Source of the DNA: Limnothrix sp. BL-A-16
GTDB taxonomy: Bacteria > Cyanobacteriota > Cyanobacteriia > CACIAM-69d
DNA length: 64,000 bases
Direction: 5' to 3'
Assembly (NCBI GenBank): GCA_041937175.2
Contig: CP166615.1
Span: 2,976,001 to 3,040,000 of the forward strand
The position numbers and the translations under genes were made by a program. Below are positions 52,522 through 64,000 of the stretch, one piece after another; within the stretch, counting starts at the first letter, position 1; every line of letters starts with the position of its first letter. The notes beneath the pieces are model-generated. The model saw nothing but the letters and a program-made list of their open reading frames with translations. It was not told the DNA's origin and searched no databases.

Positions 52522-52563
52522 ACCCTAGGCAAAAGCTAACCCAAAAGTTGTATCCCCCACTAC
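52522..52563 (-). promoter_or_regulatory. NtcA-activated promoter
   Basis: Minus strand GTA-GTGGGGGA-TAC (52563-52550), 22 nt, TAGGGT (52527-52522): canonical GTA-N8-TAC-N22-TA-N3-T. Confidence 0.78.
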
Positions 52564-53188
52564 GGGATGCAAATTAACTAGCCCGATCGCAACTCAAAAC
52601 AGCAACTCAAAATGACAACAAAGGTTACAGGTCAATTAAGAATCATCTCGCTGCATCAAAAATCATGGCCCGCCACCCTACTCCTCAACGTCAAAATCCA
52701 TGTCAAATCCATCAGCTCTCATCCCGATCCATCAACTCACGGCCTGAAGCGATCGGCAATGAAGCCATTCCAATGAAGGTATTCTTGAGTACTTTCCCAA
52801 GGCGGCTTAGGCACGGCGCAGCTTAAGCACCGGTTAACCGATGAAAATTAATGAAAATTAGCGGGTTCGTGGAGCGGGTTCATGGAGTGGTCGATCGCCC
52901 GCTGTCTGGGTCAATTTCCGTCCCGATCGCCCCGTCATCAAACCTTTTTTAAGCCCTCCGTGGCCCCGCTCAGGCTCTCAAAGACTTCCCCATGCAGCAA
53001 TTCCACCGTCTGCTTGCTCCCATTCCCCTCTGGTGAGATAGTGTAGGGGCTAACTCGGGCGGTCGTAGTCTATCTGCCTACTGCGACGCGCGCTCTACAC
53101 CCCGGGATTTAGCTGTTTCTTGAGATCGCGGCGCGCGCCGATCGCTGTCCCCCACTCACCTTCTCCAGTCGAACGAGTTCGAGCAAGT

Positions 53189-55198
53189 ATGGCTGTCGCT
53201 ACCCAATCCCTCGACGAACTGTCTATTAATGCCATTCGCTTTTTGGCGATCGATGCCGTTCAGAAGGCGAACTCGGGTCACCCCGGTCTGCCGATGGGCG
53301 CGGCTCCCATGGCCTATGTGCTATGGAATCAGTTCCTCCGTTTCAATCCCAAGAATCCGAACTGGTTTAACCGTGATCGCTTCGTATTGTCGGCTGGCCA
53401 CGGCTGTATGTTGCAGTATGCGCTGCTACATCTGACGGGCTACGACAGCGTGACCATTGAAGACATCAAGAATTTCCGTCAGTGGGGATCGCGCACGCCC
53501 GGCCACCCCGAGAACTTTGAAACCCCCGGCGTGGAAGTTACCACGGGCCCTCTGGGTCAGGGGATTTGTAATGCTGTGGGCTTGGCCGCTGCGGAAGCCC
53601 ATTTGGCCGCCAAATTCAACAAGCCCGATGCCAAGATCGTCGATCACTACACCTACGTGATCCTGGGCGATGGCTGCAACATGGAAGGCGTGTCCGGTGA
53701 AGCTTGTTCCTTGGCTGGCCACTGGGGCTTGGGCAAGCTGATCGCACTGTACGACGACAACCACATTTCGATCGACGGTAACACGGATATTTCCTTTACC
53801 GAAGATGTCAGCAAGCGCTTTGAAGCTTACGGTTGGCACACGATCCACGTGACCAACGGCAACACGGATTTGGCCGCGATCGCGAAGGCGATCGAAGAAG
53901 CCAAGGCCGTGACCGACAAGCCGACCCTGATCAAGGTCACCACCACGATCGGCTACGGTTCGCCTAACAAGGCCAACACCGCTGGCGTGCACGGTGCGGC
54001 GTTGGGCCCCGATGAAGTGAAGCTGACCCGCGAAAGCCTGGGTTGGAGCTATGGCGAGTTTGAAGTGCCCGCCGAAGTGACCGAAGGCTGGACGAAGCAA
54101 GCGATCGAAACCGGTGCCAGCTTGGAAGCCGAGTGGAACAGCATCTTCGCCCAATACAAGACCCAGTACACCGCCGATGCCGCTGAATTTGAGCGGTTGC
54201 TGCGTGGTGAACTGCCCCAAGGTTGGGATGCGGATCTGCCCACCTACACCCCCGCTGACAAAGCGGTGGCAACCCGGAAGCATTCGGAAATTTGCCTGAA
54301 TGCGATCGCCCCCAAACTGCCCGAACTGATCGGCGGTTCGGCGGACTTGACCCACTCCAACTTGACTGAGCTGAAGTGCTCCGGCGACTTCCAAAAGGGT
54401 GCTTACGAAAACCGTAACGTCCGCTTTGGGGTGCGCGAGCACGGCATGGCCGCCATCTGCAACGGCATCGCCCTACACAACTCGGGTCTGATTCCCTACT
54501 GCGCCACTTTCCTGGTGTTCGCAGACTACATGCGCGGTGCAATGCGCCTGTCGGCCCTGGCAGAAGCCGGTGTGATCTACGTGTTGACCCACGATTCGAT
54601 CGCCCTGGGTGAAGATGGCCCGACCCACCAACCCGTGGAAACGATCGCCTCGTTGCGGATCATCCCCAACCTGTTGACCCTGCGCCCCGCCGACGGCACG
54701 GAAACCTCCGGTGCTTACAAGGTGGCCGTAGCCAACCGCAAGCGCCCCAGCGCCCTGGCCCTGACCCGCCAAAACCTGCCTAACTTGGCTGGTTCCAGCG
54801 CGGATAAGGTGGCCCAAGGTGCTTACGTGATCGTCGATTGCGAAGGCACGCCCGAACTGATCCTGATCGGTACCGGTTCGGAAGTCAGCCTCTGCGTCGC
54901 CGCTGCCGAGCAACTGACCGCTGCCAGCCACAAGGTGCGCGTGGTGTCGATGCCCTGCATGGAGCTGTTCGACGAGCAAAGCGCTGAATACAAGGAATCG
55001 GTGCTGCCCGCTGCTGTCACCAAGCGGTTGTCGGTGGAAGCTGGCACGACCTTCGGTTGGGCCCGCTACGTGGGTTCGGCCGGCGCTTCGATCGGGACGG
55101 ACACCTTCGGCGCTTCGGCTCCCGGCGGCGTGTTGATGGAGAAGTTCGGCTTCACCGTCGAGAACGTGTTGGATAAGGCTAAAGCCCTGCTCGGCTAA
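53189..55198 (+). CDS. tkt: Transketolase
   Basis: [51 protein letters not shown]. Confidence 0.98.
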   Translation: MAVATQSLDELSINAIRFLAIDAVQKANSGHPGLPMGAAPMAYVLWNQFLRFNPKNPNWFNRDRFVLSAGHGCMLQYALLHLTGYDSVTIEDIKNFRQWGSRTPGHPENFETPGVEVTTGPLGQGICNAVGLAAAEAHLAAKFNKPDAKIVDHYTYVILGDGCNMEGVSGEACSLAGHWGLGKLIALYDDNHISIDGNTDISFTEDVSKRFEAYGWHTIHVTNGNTDLAAIAKAIEEAKAVTDKPTLIKVTTTIGYGSPNKANTAGVHGAALGPDEVKLTRESLGWSYGEFEVPAEVTEGWTKQAIETGASLEAEWNSIFAQYKTQYTADAAEFERLLRGELPQGWDADLPTYTPADKAVATRKHSEICLNAIAPKLPELIGGSADLTHSNLTELKCSGDFQKGAYENRNVRFGVREHGMAAICNGIALHNSGLIPYCATFLVFADYMRGAMRLSALAEAGVIYVLTHDSIALGEDGPTHQPVETIASLRIIPNLLTLRPADGTETSGAYKVAVANRKRPSALALTRQNLPNLAGSSADKVAQGAYVIVDCEGTPELILIGTGSEVSLCVAAAEQLTAASHKVRVVSMPCMELFDEQSAEYKESVLPAAVTKRLSVEAGTTFGWARYVGSAGASIGTDTFGASAPGGVLMEKFGFTVENVLDKAKALLG

Positions 55199-55411
55199 TC
55201 CCCGCACCAACGCTCAGCTTGGATGTTCGGTTGCAGGGGGTCACGGCCCCTTGTGACCCGGCAAACCACTGAATCTCGTTCGACAATTTATTTTTGAACC
55301 AACAATCGGGTTAGTCCTTGTGGCTAGCCCGATTTTGTTTTTCGCGTTTTGGTCTTGTTTTTGGTTGCTTGGACTTTGTTCCTCGAGGAATTGGCTACCC
55401 AAGGAAAGCGT

Positions 55412-56200
55412 TCAGTCGTTGAGGTCGTCGAGCAACTGACTGGCCATGAGCCGAACCAAGGAGGCCGCCGGGCCGATCGGCTCCAGCCATTGCATATCCA
55501 CATCGGCGTGATCGCGCTGCCAGCTATATACCTGTTCAAATAAGGCATCGGTGAGACTACCGGCAAACAGGAAATAGGGAAAGATGCCGATCGCCCGGTG
55601 GCCCGCAGCCGCAAACTCCGTGAGCCGATCGAGCAGCGTTGGGGCGATCGACCAGTAAGCGAGCGTGATGCCCAACTGCTCCGCCAACTGCTCCACCAAC
55701 TGATTGCCCAGCGGGTTTCGGCTGCCATGGGTCACCAGCACCCAAGCCCGGCGCGGCAACTCCACCGCCACCTTGCGCCACTCCTCTGTCATGACCCGAT
55801 CCAACCCAGGCCATACACCCAGGGGGGGATAGAGCTGCCATCGATCGTCCCATTGGGGCCCCATGCTTTGGGTGGCCAGGGCCACTTCCTCGGGGACATC
55901 CACCGTGGCATGAACCCCCATCGACAAAAAGAGGGGAATAATTTCCACCCGCACCGCCCCAGCCGATCGCGCGCGTTGGGCGAACCCCACGAGCTGCTGA
56001 TGCAGCGGCGTGCTAGCTCCCTCCAACTGGGCAACGGCCACAATTGATCGCACGTTGGCCGCCGCCAGCATTGCCGAAAGCCGACTCGCCAACAACTCCA
56101 CCGCTTGACGGGGACGATGATCGCGACTGCCATGGGCCACTAACACCACAGCACGCAAAACCGGTCGCGAAGGATCGTTAATCGATCGGGGATAGCCCAT
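55412..56200 (-). CDS. Sirohydrochlorin chelatase (CbiX family)
   Basis: Two HGSR motifs; PLFLSMGVH; PYFLFAG. Confidence 0.85.
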   Translation of the reverse strand: MGYPRSINDPSRPVLRAVVLVAHGSRDHRPRQAVELLASRLSAMLAAANVRSIVAVAQLEGASTPLHQQLVGFAQRARSAGAVRVEIIPLFLSMGVHATVDVPEEVALATQSMGPQWDDRWQLYPPLGVWPGLDRVMTEEWRKVAVELPRRAWVLVTHGSRNPLGNQLVEQLAEQLGITLAYWSIAPTLLDRLTEFAAAGHRAIGIFPYFLFAGSLTDALFEQVYSWQRDHADVDMQWLEPIGPAASLVRLMASQLLDDLND

Positions 56201-56233
56201 GGAGTCTGTCGAAAACCGCTAAACGAAGCGTAA

Positions 56234-57697
56234 TTAGTCGGGGGCGATCTCCGGTCGTTTCACATGCCAATGAGTTGCTTGTTCATAGGCATGGGCCACT
56301 TCCAGCACCAAATCTTCCCGCAGCACATCGCCAATGATTTGCATCCCGATCGGCATTCCGTTGCGATCAAAACCACAGGGCAAGCTCAGGGCAGGCAAGC
56401 CGGCCAAGTTCACCGGAATCGTCATCAAATCCGACAGGTACATGGACACCGGATCATCAGTCTTTTCACCCGCCTTGAAGGCCGTGGTGGGGGCCGTGGG
56501 CGAAATCAGCACATCCACCCGCGCAAAGGCTCGCTCAAAGTCTTGCTTAATCAGGGTGCGCACCTTTTGGGCCCGCAGGTAATAGGCATCGTAGTAACCC
56601 GCCGACAGGGCATAGGTTCCGATCGCAATCCGCCGTTTAACTTCAGAGCCAAACCCTGCGGCGCGGGTTTTTTCATACATCTCGAGTAGGTTCTCGCCGG
56701 GGGCCCGGAAACCATACTTCACCCCGTCGTAACGCGCCAGGTTCGCTGAAGCTTCTGACGGCGCAATGATGTAGTAGGTTGGCAACCCGTAGCGGAATCG
56801 AGGGCAGGAGACCACCTCAATTTCAGCACCCAGCTCCTGAAGCACCTTCAGGGCATCTTCAACGGCCTTTTCCACTTCCGCGTCCAGGCCAGCACCGAAG
56901 GTTTCTTGAATCACCCCTACCTTTAGCTTGCTCTTGGGGCGGAAATCCGGAAGCAGACTCTTGGCATAGTTGGGAATCGGCACATTCAAACTGGTGGAAT
57001 CTTTGGGGTCATAACCCGCAATCGTCCCCAGAAGCAGGGCCGTATCTTCCACCGATCGCCCAAAGGGCCCCACCTGATCCAGCGAAGAGGCAAAGGCCAC
57101 CAGCCCATAGCGAGACACGAGGCCATAGGTGGGTTTCAGGCCAACCACGCCACAGAAGGCAGCGGGCTGACGGATAGAGCCACCGGTATCGGAACCGATC
57201 GAGACCAGGCACTGACCGGCCGCGACGGCCGCCGCCGACCCACCGGAGGAACCACCGGGCACGCGCTCCAAGTCCCAGGGGTTCGCCGTCACTTGGAAAG
57301 CAGAGTTTTCCGTGGAGCTGCCCATGGCAAACTCGTCCAGGTTGGTCTTGCCGACCATCACCGCTCCCGCATCGAAGAGCTTTTGGGTCACGGTGGATTC
57401 GTAGGGCGGCACAAAGTTATCCAACATTTTGGACGCGCAGGTGGTGCGAATGCCGCGCGTACACATGTTGTCTTTGATGGCGATCGGGATGCCAGCTAGG
57501 GGGCCGATCGACTCGCCCGCTGCAATTTTGGCATCCACACGCTGGGCTTGCTCCAGGGCCAAATCAGCCGTCAGGGTCAAGAAACTCTTCACCCGTGGCT
57601 CGGTTTGGGCAATGTGGTCAAGCGCTTCGCGGGCGATCTCGACGGCCGAGCGCTCTTTGCGAACGAGTTGTTGGTGTAGCTCGCGGATGGATGCCAT
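56234..57697 (-). CDS. gatA: Glu-tRNA(Gln) amidotransferase subunit A
   Basis: [57 protein letters not shown]. Confidence 0.97.
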   Translation of the reverse strand: MASIRELHQQLVRKERSAVEIAREALDHIAQTEPRVKSFLTLTADLALEQAQRVDAKIAAGESIGPLAGIPIAIKDNMCTRGIRTTCASKMLDNFVPPYESTVTQKLFDAGAVMVGKTNLDEFAMGSSTENSAFQVTANPWDLERVPGGSSGGSAAAVAAGQCLVSIGSDTGGSIRQPAAFCGVVGLKPTYGLVSRYGLVAFASSLDQVGPFGRSVEDTALLLGTIAGYDPKDSTSLNVPIPNYAKSLLPDFRPKSKLKVGVIQETFGAGLDAEVEKAVEDALKVLQELGAEIEVVSCPRFRYGLPTYYIIAPSEASANLARYDGVKYGFRAPGENLLEMYEKTRAAGFGSEVKRRIAIGTYALSAGYYDAYYLRAQKVRTLIKQDFERAFARVDVLISPTAPTTAFKAGEKTDDPVSMYLSDLMTIPVNLAGLPALSLPCGFDRNGMPIGMQIIGDVLREDLVLEVAHAYEQATHWHVKRPEIAPD

Positions 57698-58017
57698 TGG
57701 GAATGCTTCAGGATGCGTAGAAAGGCTGCAAAATTCTCAGGCTTTCGGATGGACTAGGCAAGCGGCACAGATCCCAATTGCATCAATTCGGGTCATCAAT
57801 TGCGCCATAAACCAGATCTGACGAGGACGTTAACAAGATCTGCTGGGCAACATTCTGACAATAATCGATGGAAAAAATAGGACGACTGCACAGATGGCCG
57901 TCTCTAGGATACCAAACCATTGTTGAACCCCCTGGCCCCAAAGGCGGTTCTGAGGGTGGTTTCTCCATTTCGGCCCCCGTGAGGTGGGCAACCAGGGATC
58001 GATCGCCCCCATCTTCC

Positions 58018-59322
58018 CTAGGGAGCCATGGGCAGATGCTGCACCCGCGACAGGGTTTGAGCGATCGCCCAGAGGCTATGGCAACTGGGTTCCTGTTCCG
58101 GGGGCGCTCCCTTGGCGGAAGGCTTGGGAGAAGGCAGGGCCGCCTGATAGGCCGTGCGCAGTTGCTGGAACACCGCCGCCCGATCGCGCGCCCCCGTGGC
58201 ATCCAGTCGCACAACCAGTTCTCCGCTGGCCCGCTGCTCAAAGGACTGCAAGCCCAACTGTAAATCGGGATTCACTGCACTCACGGACTGACAAGCACTC
58301 ACAAAAGCAGACCAATCAATTCCCTGGGGGAAAGTCCACTCGATCGCCATCAGCTCGTTGCGAACCGTTTGCTCAAACTCGCCGGGCATGAACGATCGGG
58401 TTCCTTCCGGCAGCCGATCGCCCCTCGTCAGGTACAGATAATCGCAAACCGCGTCACTGAGGGACGTTTCAGAATCAATTTCCCAGCCTTGGATGCAAGC
58501 CCCCGTCAGCACGGCTCCCATGAACCTGGCTCCCCTTGCTTCCACCTCCGTCAAATCCGCCGAAGACAGATTCGCCCGGGTGAAATCAGCCTTATTCAGC
58601 TTGGCTCCCGTTAGGGTCGCACTGGTCAGATTCGCGCCGGTTAACTGGGCACGCCACAGATCCGCCCCAATCAAAATGGCATCGGCAAAACTGCACTGGG
58701 CCAAAATGGCATCGCTAAAGTTGGCTTCCAGCAACTTTGATCGACTGAAATCCGTCCGACAAAGTACCGCATCCATAAAACTGGCGCGGCTGAGTTTGGC
58801 ATCGGCCAAGCTCGCTTCGCTGAGGTCAGCTCCGATAAATTCCGCTTCGATCGGCTTCGATCGCCGTAAATCAGCCTTGCGCAAATTGGTTTCCACCAAC
58901 TTGGCCCAGATCAAATCCGTATCGACCAAGATGGCTCCCTGCAAATTAGCCCGGGTCAGGTTTGCTTGGCCTAGGTCTGCCCCCGTTAGATTAGCCCCGG
59001 TTAAATCTGCCCCCGAGAGATCCGCTCGAATTAACTTGGCCTGGCTCAGGTTCACCCCCTTGAGATCCACACCGCGCAGATCAATGCCACTGAGGTCGGG
59101 TTTCGCCTCCGACTGACGAGAGCGCCAGTGGTTCCAAGCGTTCACCCCTTTTTCCAGATGCACCAGCTCAGAATTAGCCCAGCGCCACTCGCGCCTTGCG
59201 GTGGCGATCCGTTCAATCAGGGCAAGCCGTGGATTATCAGTCAAGGTGTCCTCCTCAGTCGGATCATCGTCGATGGCAGTTGCAAAGGGATGGTATCGGG
59301 GGATTTCAAAAGCCACATTCAA
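58018..59322 (-). CDS. Pentapeptide repeat protein
   Basis: GVNAWNHWR..PDLSGIDL, long A(D/N)LxxA repeat tract, LTGACIQGW. Confidence 0.9.
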   Translation of the reverse strand: MNVAFEIPRYHPFATAIDDDPTEEDTLTDNPRLALIERIATARREWRWANSELVHLEKGVNAWNHWRSRQSEAKPDLSGIDLRGVDLKGVNLSQAKLIRADLSGADLTGANLTGADLGQANLTRANLQGAILVDTDLIWAKLVETNLRKADLRRSKPIEAEFIGADLSEASLADAKLSRASFMDAVLCRTDFSRSKLLEANFSDAILAQCSFADAILIGADLWRAQLTGANLTSATLTGAKLNKADFTRANLSSADLTEVEARGARFMGAVLTGACIQGWEIDSETSLSDAVCDYLYLTRGDRLPEGTRSFMPGEFEQTVRNELMAIEWTFPQGIDWSAFVSACQSVSAVNPDLQLGLQSFEQRASGELVVRLDATGARDRAAVFQQLRTAYQAALPSPKPSAKGAPPEQEPSCHSLWAIAQTLSRVQHLPMAP

Positions 59323-59670
59323 GGCGTGGATTCGATCGAGCGCGAACAGGAGAGAGTCTGGATGCTCGTCAGCCGTTCTAGCTGATCGTCACCGATTTTG
59401 GCGGATATTTACCGCTGGCCTTGAGGATCCTATCTTTGTTTTTACCCTTGCGCCCAGAGAGACCCCATGGCAAGGGTTTTGGGGCAAGTTCGAGCCTTCC
59501 GATGCTCCTTCTGTCTGTTGTACTTCAGTTCTGCAGTTGGTTGTTGGTGGGTCGGGCCCCTTCAACCCTCCGCACTGGGCTAGGAGATCTAGGCAAACTC
59601 AACCGATCGCACAGAGGTTGAACAGTAACTGAACAGATGAAGCAGCAATCGCTCAGGGCAGGAAATTGCA

Positions 59671-61029
59671 CTAAATCTGGCTGAGGCGGCGATAGACCAA
59701 TGCCAGCGCATTGGCATCGCCCACATTGCCCGGAAATAAAACCACGGGCAAGTTTGGAAATTGCGGATGATGGTCGGCGGTTTTGACGACGGAAACACCG
59801 GGCAAGATCTGGCCTAGCAGTCGGGCCGATCGCAGGGCTAAACCGTCGCTGAGGGTGTCATTGGAGGTAATGCCCCCTTTGCTGATGAGGTAACCAATAT
59901 CCTCCGGCAACCCCCGCTCGATCGCCATCAGCAGGGCTGAGACCGCTTGCCCAAATTCCAAGCGAATGTCCACCGTCTCAAAGGTCAACTCCTGGCGGCT
60001 GGTGTAGATCACAGGTGCTTTACCATCGGTGCGCACCCGCTGCACCTCTGCCAACACACGATCGCACAGGCTAGCGGCAATGGCAGCGCGATCGGGCCCT
60101 TGCAGTTCTGCCACGGGCACTTCAATGCCCACCACTCCCGGCTCCGCCAGCAATTGCTGAAGCTGTTCGGTGGTTTTGCGCACGTGGGAACCCACAATCG
60201 CCACCCCCGATCGCCCATCGCGGACATACTGGGCCATGGCTTCGGCGGCCACCGGCTGGGGCGGCAGGGCTGCCAAGGCCGTCAGAATGCTGGCGGCCGA
60301 TCGGAACAGGAATCGCTTGCCTTGACTGGCCTGAGACAACAGGGCTGCTGCAAATTGATTTAAATCTGCCTGCACTTCCCCATCCACCACGCAGCATTGA
60401 TTACCGGTTAGGGCTTGCAGTCGTTGCTCCAGGGTCAGTCGATCGCCGCGCAAATCGGCCAATTGAAACCGCTCCACCCGGTCGGCGGGAATTCGCCCCG
60501 CCGTTTTTTCCGCCACATAGTCCGGCAAGTAGCTGTAGCGATAACCAAACACCGAGTCGCGGGCAAACTCCGTTTCGTGGACGGGGGTATCCACGCCATT
60601 CACCTTCAGGTAATGCACACTGTCGCGGGTGACGCGCCCCCCTTCAAAAAAGGCCGGCACCAGAAAATGAGCATCAAAGGGCCCCAACTCCTCCGCGATC
60701 GCGTCGGTCTCCACGGGGTAGTGGCCACGCAGGGTTGAGTCCGATCGACTCACCACCAGCCAATCCGTCAGCCCCACTTGGGCGATCGCCTGCTTCAGAT
60801 TGCGACAAACCTCCCGCGTCACCGCGTCGGCCGCCTCCGCCGTCAAAGCCCGCGTGTTAGTCAGCACAAACACAATTGGCGATGCATCCTCCAACCCCAA
60901 ACAAAGGGTTTCCACGTCCCAGCACATCAGCAGCAAGCAACTATGAACCGTTTGGGAACCCGTTGGGTCATCGTCCAAAACAATAATTTTGGGCGTTTTG
61001 GTCTGGTCAGAGGGAGAGGCGCTAGACAT
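59671..61029 (-). CDS. Four-carbon acid sugar kinase family protein (DUF1537)
   Basis: VLDDDPTGSQTVH, SRSDSTLRGH, SKGGITS, FPGNVG. Confidence 0.9.
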   Translation of the reverse strand: MSSASPSDQTKTPKIIVLDDDPTGSQTVHSCLLLMCWDVETLCLGLEDASPIVFVLTNTRALTAEAADAVTREVCRNLKQAIAQVGLTDWLVVSRSDSTLRGHYPVETDAIAEELGPFDAHFLVPAFFEGGRVTRDSVHYLKVNGVDTPVHETEFARDSVFGYRYSYLPDYVAEKTAGRIPADRVERFQLADLRGDRLTLEQRLQALTGNQCCVVDGEVQADLNQFAAALLSQASQGKRFLFRSAASILTALAALPPQPVAAEAMAQYVRDGRSGVAIVGSHVRKTTEQLQQLLAEPGVVGIEVPVAELQGPDRAAIAASLCDRVLAEVQRVRTDGKAPVIYTSRQELTFETVDIRLEFGQAVSALLMAIERGLPEDIGYLISKGGITSNDTLSDGLALRSARLLGQILPGVSVVKTADHHPQFPNLPVVLFPGNVGDANALALVYRRLSQI

Positions 61030-61160
61030 TGCGGTTCGCTCAGGGAAAATCGCAAGACAACCTTTCTATTTTGCCTGCAATAGTCCTGAAAATCACGCTT
61101 GGCAGCAAGATTATGCTAGAGTCTAAATTTTTGAGCTGGTGATTTAATTTTTAATGAATC

Positions 61161-61949
61161 TTATTCAATTAACCAATCTGATTGATTAGCAAACTCAGCT
61201 TGCCAAGTTTCTGGAAAATACTGCTTTAGGTAATTTTTGAGATCTTGGTTAGCTTCCAGAAATCGTGATTTAAGGCGCTCATAAATCACAGAGTTCGGAG
61301 TAGGATAATCACCGGCATTATATTTAGTAAATCCTGAAAATTCATGGGCTGGTAATCCTAAAAATTGCACAACTCGCGCCAGGGTTCCTTGGGGATGCTG
61401 GTAGAATTTTTCACTGTTCAGAATCAGCAGTTGATCAGATCCAAAGCGCGATCGCCAAGGTTCGAGCTGTTCGGCGTAGCGTCCCCGAGCCACATAGCTG
61501 TAATGCTGGTAGGCATAGCTTTGATAGGCTGGATCCGATCGAAAGCGATCGGCTTCGCCGGCCAAACGCTCCGATTCCGCATTCAAAGCCGCTTCCAAGT
61601 CCAAAGATTCAAACTGCCACCGCACTTCATGGTAGTAGTGAGACAAGGCGCGATCAACTGGATTTCGTAATAGAACAATAATTTTTAAGCTTGGATCAAA
61701 TTCCCAAGCCCGTTGAGCCACCAGAGGATGAAAAATATAGTAGGGACTGGCTTCACCAGTCATTTCATGAGGCTCTGAGTTAGCAGGAAACTGTTGCAGA
61801 TACCAATCAATTCCCTGGTTCCACTGCAAATCAAAGAAATGGACTTCTTTAGTTACTGCCGACTGAATTTGAGGATGTTGCAGTAAATATTGATAAAGAG
61901 AAGTGGTTCCTCCCTTTTGCACACCAATAATTAGAAAGCTAGGCTTCAT
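61161..61949 (-). CDS. Sulfotransferase
   Basis: IIGVQKGGTTSL 5'-PSB loop, KEVHFFD, GEASPYY, LRNPVDRALS 3'-PB. Confidence 0.92.
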   Translation of the reverse strand: MKPSFLIIGVQKGGTTSLYQYLLQHPQIQSAVTKEVHFFDLQWNQGIDWYLQQFPANSEPHEMTGEASPYYIFHPLVAQRAWEFDPSLKIIVLLRNPVDRALSHYYHEVRWQFESLDLEAALNAESERLAGEADRFRSDPAYQSYAYQHYSYVARGRYAEQLEPWRSRFGSDQLLILNSEKFYQHPQGTLARVVQFLGLPAHEFSGFTKYNAGDYPTPNSVIYERLKSRFLEANQDLKNYLKQYFPETWQAEFANQSDWLIE

Positions 61950-62087
61950 ACTCTAAACTAGTTTCTTGAAACTACTTGTGACTGAAATGATCGATGAATT
62001 AGAATTTTTTTGATTTAAATTTGGCAACCAGCTTTGAGTTGATGAATTGACTCATTAAAAGTTAATTGATCAAAAATCACCCCAAAA

Positions 62088-63206
62088 CTAGTTAAGCATT
62101 AGACCACGTTTAAGCCGTCTTTTGAGCCGTCGCCACCAGGGCATTTGTGCCGTTATTCGGGTTGATTCGAGGGTAACGGCCATCTGCTGAAGTTGCATTT
62201 GTTGCGCTTGAATTTGCTCTGACTGAGCCGCACAATGTACAAGCAGGCGATCGAGTTCTGCTTTTAGAAACGATTGCGATTGTCGTAACTCAGCTAACTC
62301 GGCTAGTTGATTCACTTGGCGATCGCGCAACTGTTGCAAGCGATCGCGCTCCAGGGTTAACGTCTCTTGAGCATCCAGCAAATCATTTTGCAGCCGCTCA
62401 CACTCAATCACCGCCGCTAGTCTTTCCGCCTCCTTACCCGCAAAGACTGCTGGAAAATGCGCTGCATAAAGCTTGGCATGTTTGGCGCAAATATATTCAA
62501 ACAGGCGCGATCGTTGCTCAGGAATATTGCAACCACTGACCATCGAAGCCGGGCGACAACGATAGGCAAACCCCACCGCTTCCAAGTGTAGAAACTGCCA
62601 GCCCCGTTCAACAATACTGAGCCAAAAATCCCAATCTTCATAGCCCAGTTGGTCAGGAATTTTGGAGTCATAGCCGCCAACTTCTGACCAGATTGAGCGC
62701 CGAAACACGGCACAGGCATCGATCGCATTACCTCGCAGCAACAGATCGACCGAAAATCGAGGCACTTGCACCAACCCAGACTCGGCTCCAAATCGCTCTA
62801 AGTTGCCATAAACGACACCTACTTCTGGATTTTGCTCTAACAGCTCGATCGCCCGAGTCAGGTATGGAAGCTTTACACAATTATCCGCATCCAAGGGCAA
62901 AATATAACAACCTTTTGCTGCTTGAATTCCACGGTTTCTGGCAGCCGATAGCCCCTGATTTTCCTGATCAATAACTTGATAGCCTTGAGCTTTAAGAACT
63001 GAGAGTTGTTCAAGAGTCAGTGGATCCGTTGAGCCATCATTCACAACAATAATTTCCCAATGACTCCCGCCACAGCTTTCCACACTGGCGATCGCCTCAT
63101 TCAGAAATTCACCATGGTTGTAGCAGGGAATCACCACAGATAACAGCACCGGTCTTTCAGCAACCGAAGGGATTACCAATTCCTGTTGGGGCATACCTGA
63201 GTTCAT
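62088..63206 (-). CDS. Glycosyltransferase family 2 with C-terminal coiled coil
   Basis: SVVIPCYN, VNDGSTD, NQGLSAARN, LDAD, YEDWDFW. Confidence 0.92.
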   Translation of the reverse strand: MNSGMPQQELVIPSVAERPVLLSVVIPCYNHGEFLNEAIASVESCGGSHWEIIVVNDGSTDPLTLEQLSVLKAQGYQVIDQENQGLSAARNRGIQAAKGCYILPLDADNCVKLPYLTRAIELLEQNPEVGVVYGNLERFGAESGLVQVPRFSVDLLLRGNAIDACAVFRRSIWSEVGGYDSKIPDQLGYEDWDFWLSIVERGWQFLHLEAVGFAYRCRPASMVSGCNIPEQRSRLFEYICAKHAKLYAAHFPAVFAGKEAERLAAVIECERLQNDLLDAQETLTLERDRLQQLRDRQVNQLAELAELRQSQSFLKAELDRLLVHCAAQSEQIQAQQMQLQQMAVTLESTRITAQMPWWRRLKRRLKRGLMLN

Positions 63207-63217
63207 GATCAATCGCC

Positions 63218-64000
63218 CTACACAAACTTGGCTTTCAGACGTTTCAAAGCTTGCTGTATCCGCCAACCTTTAGATTGCTCAACCATTTTGAGCTGCGCCT
63301 GCGTCTGGTCTAGTTTTTCTGCAAACTGTTGAGATAGTTGATGCATTTCCTGTTGATGGCGAAAATTATTCTGAATCAAGCAACCATGCAGAGACAACAC
63401 AGCACGTTCTGGCGGCACACCATCATAAACTGGTGGATTTTCATCAATGCTGGGCGCGACAGTGACCCAATCCGGCATAGAACTGGATAAATCTGCCACT
63501 TGATCCAATGCTTTTAAGAGTGAAAAGTATCGCGGCGCAATTGTATAGAGCGATCGAACTAGTGGGTAATCCCAACCCAAGGTTGCAAAAAGTTTAGGGT
63601 CAAAAATCTTAGACAGAACTTCCGGCTCAGCATGGTTCTCCTGAATTGTTAAGTTCAGCTTGCTTTGTAATAGCTTCAAGCCGGTTTCCGGTTGCTCTAA
63701 AAAAGTATTGACATTGATTAGTAAACTCTGATCTTGATGTTTCTCATAGAACCTGAGGAGCGATCGATTATAAACATACCAACTGCGTAGCGCATAATCG
63801 GGGTTTGCCACAAATGTTGGATGATTGACTCGCAACACTGAATCAGCCACATCCCAAGGAAATCGATAAACTAGTAGATAGCGAGCATTGGGCAGTAAAT
63901 CAGCCCAAAAGTTTAAGAGTAGAGTTGTTCTTGGGTCTTTCCATCCCCACAATCCTTGGCTCGATCGACTGGCAATTAAAGCTTTAGCATCCGGCAGATA
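63218..64000 (-). CDS. Sulfotransferase-like protein, 3' part (starts beyond the window)
   Basis: WGWKDPRT, YRFPWDVADS motifs; C-terminal coiled coil. Confidence 0.75.
   Translation of the reverse strand, partial: YLPDAKALIASRSSQGLWGWKDPRTTLLLNFWADLLPNARYLLVYRFPWDVADSVLRVNHPTFVANPDYALRSWYVYNRSLLRFYEKHQDQSLLINVNTFLEQPETGLKLLQSKLNLTIQENHAEPEVLSKIFDPKLFATLGWDYPLVRSLYTIAPRYFSLLKALDQVADLSSSMPDWVTVAPSIDENPPVYDGVPPERAVLSLHGCLIQNNFRHQQEMHQLSQQFAEKLDQTQAQLKMVEQSKGWRIQQALKRLKAKFV

Overview
A 64-kb window from a cyanobacterial chromosome: dense HIP1 (GCGATCGC) sites plus CpcF-, CCB1-, CrtH- and PatA-like genes. The backbone is housekeeping (glsF 3' part, photolyase, folK, iscS, rpsN, folP, tRNA-Pro(GGG), upp, crtH, leuS, argF, tkt, gatA). 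It also carries a complete guanidine-utilisation operon behind an NtcA promoter and a guanidine-I riboswitch, and a probable IsaR1 sRNA beside upp. The most striking element is an IS110 (24078-25401) whose left-end non-coding region reads as a bridge RNA. Its target guides spell the terminal inverted repeat of a resident MITE family plus the REP-like palindrome that MITE inserts into; the IS sits exactly in such a MITE end, and an empty perfect target lies at 7226-7239. Other accessory content: a long prokaryotic Argonaute with an intact DEDD tetrad, two AT-rich candidate defence modules (TM protein + HEPN; HEPN + ParA/MinD-like dual P-loop ATPase), a tandem VapC toxin-antitoxin duplication with a diverged interface, several MITE/REP elements and Uma2 nucleases. 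All calls come from reading motifs by eye; no searches were run.
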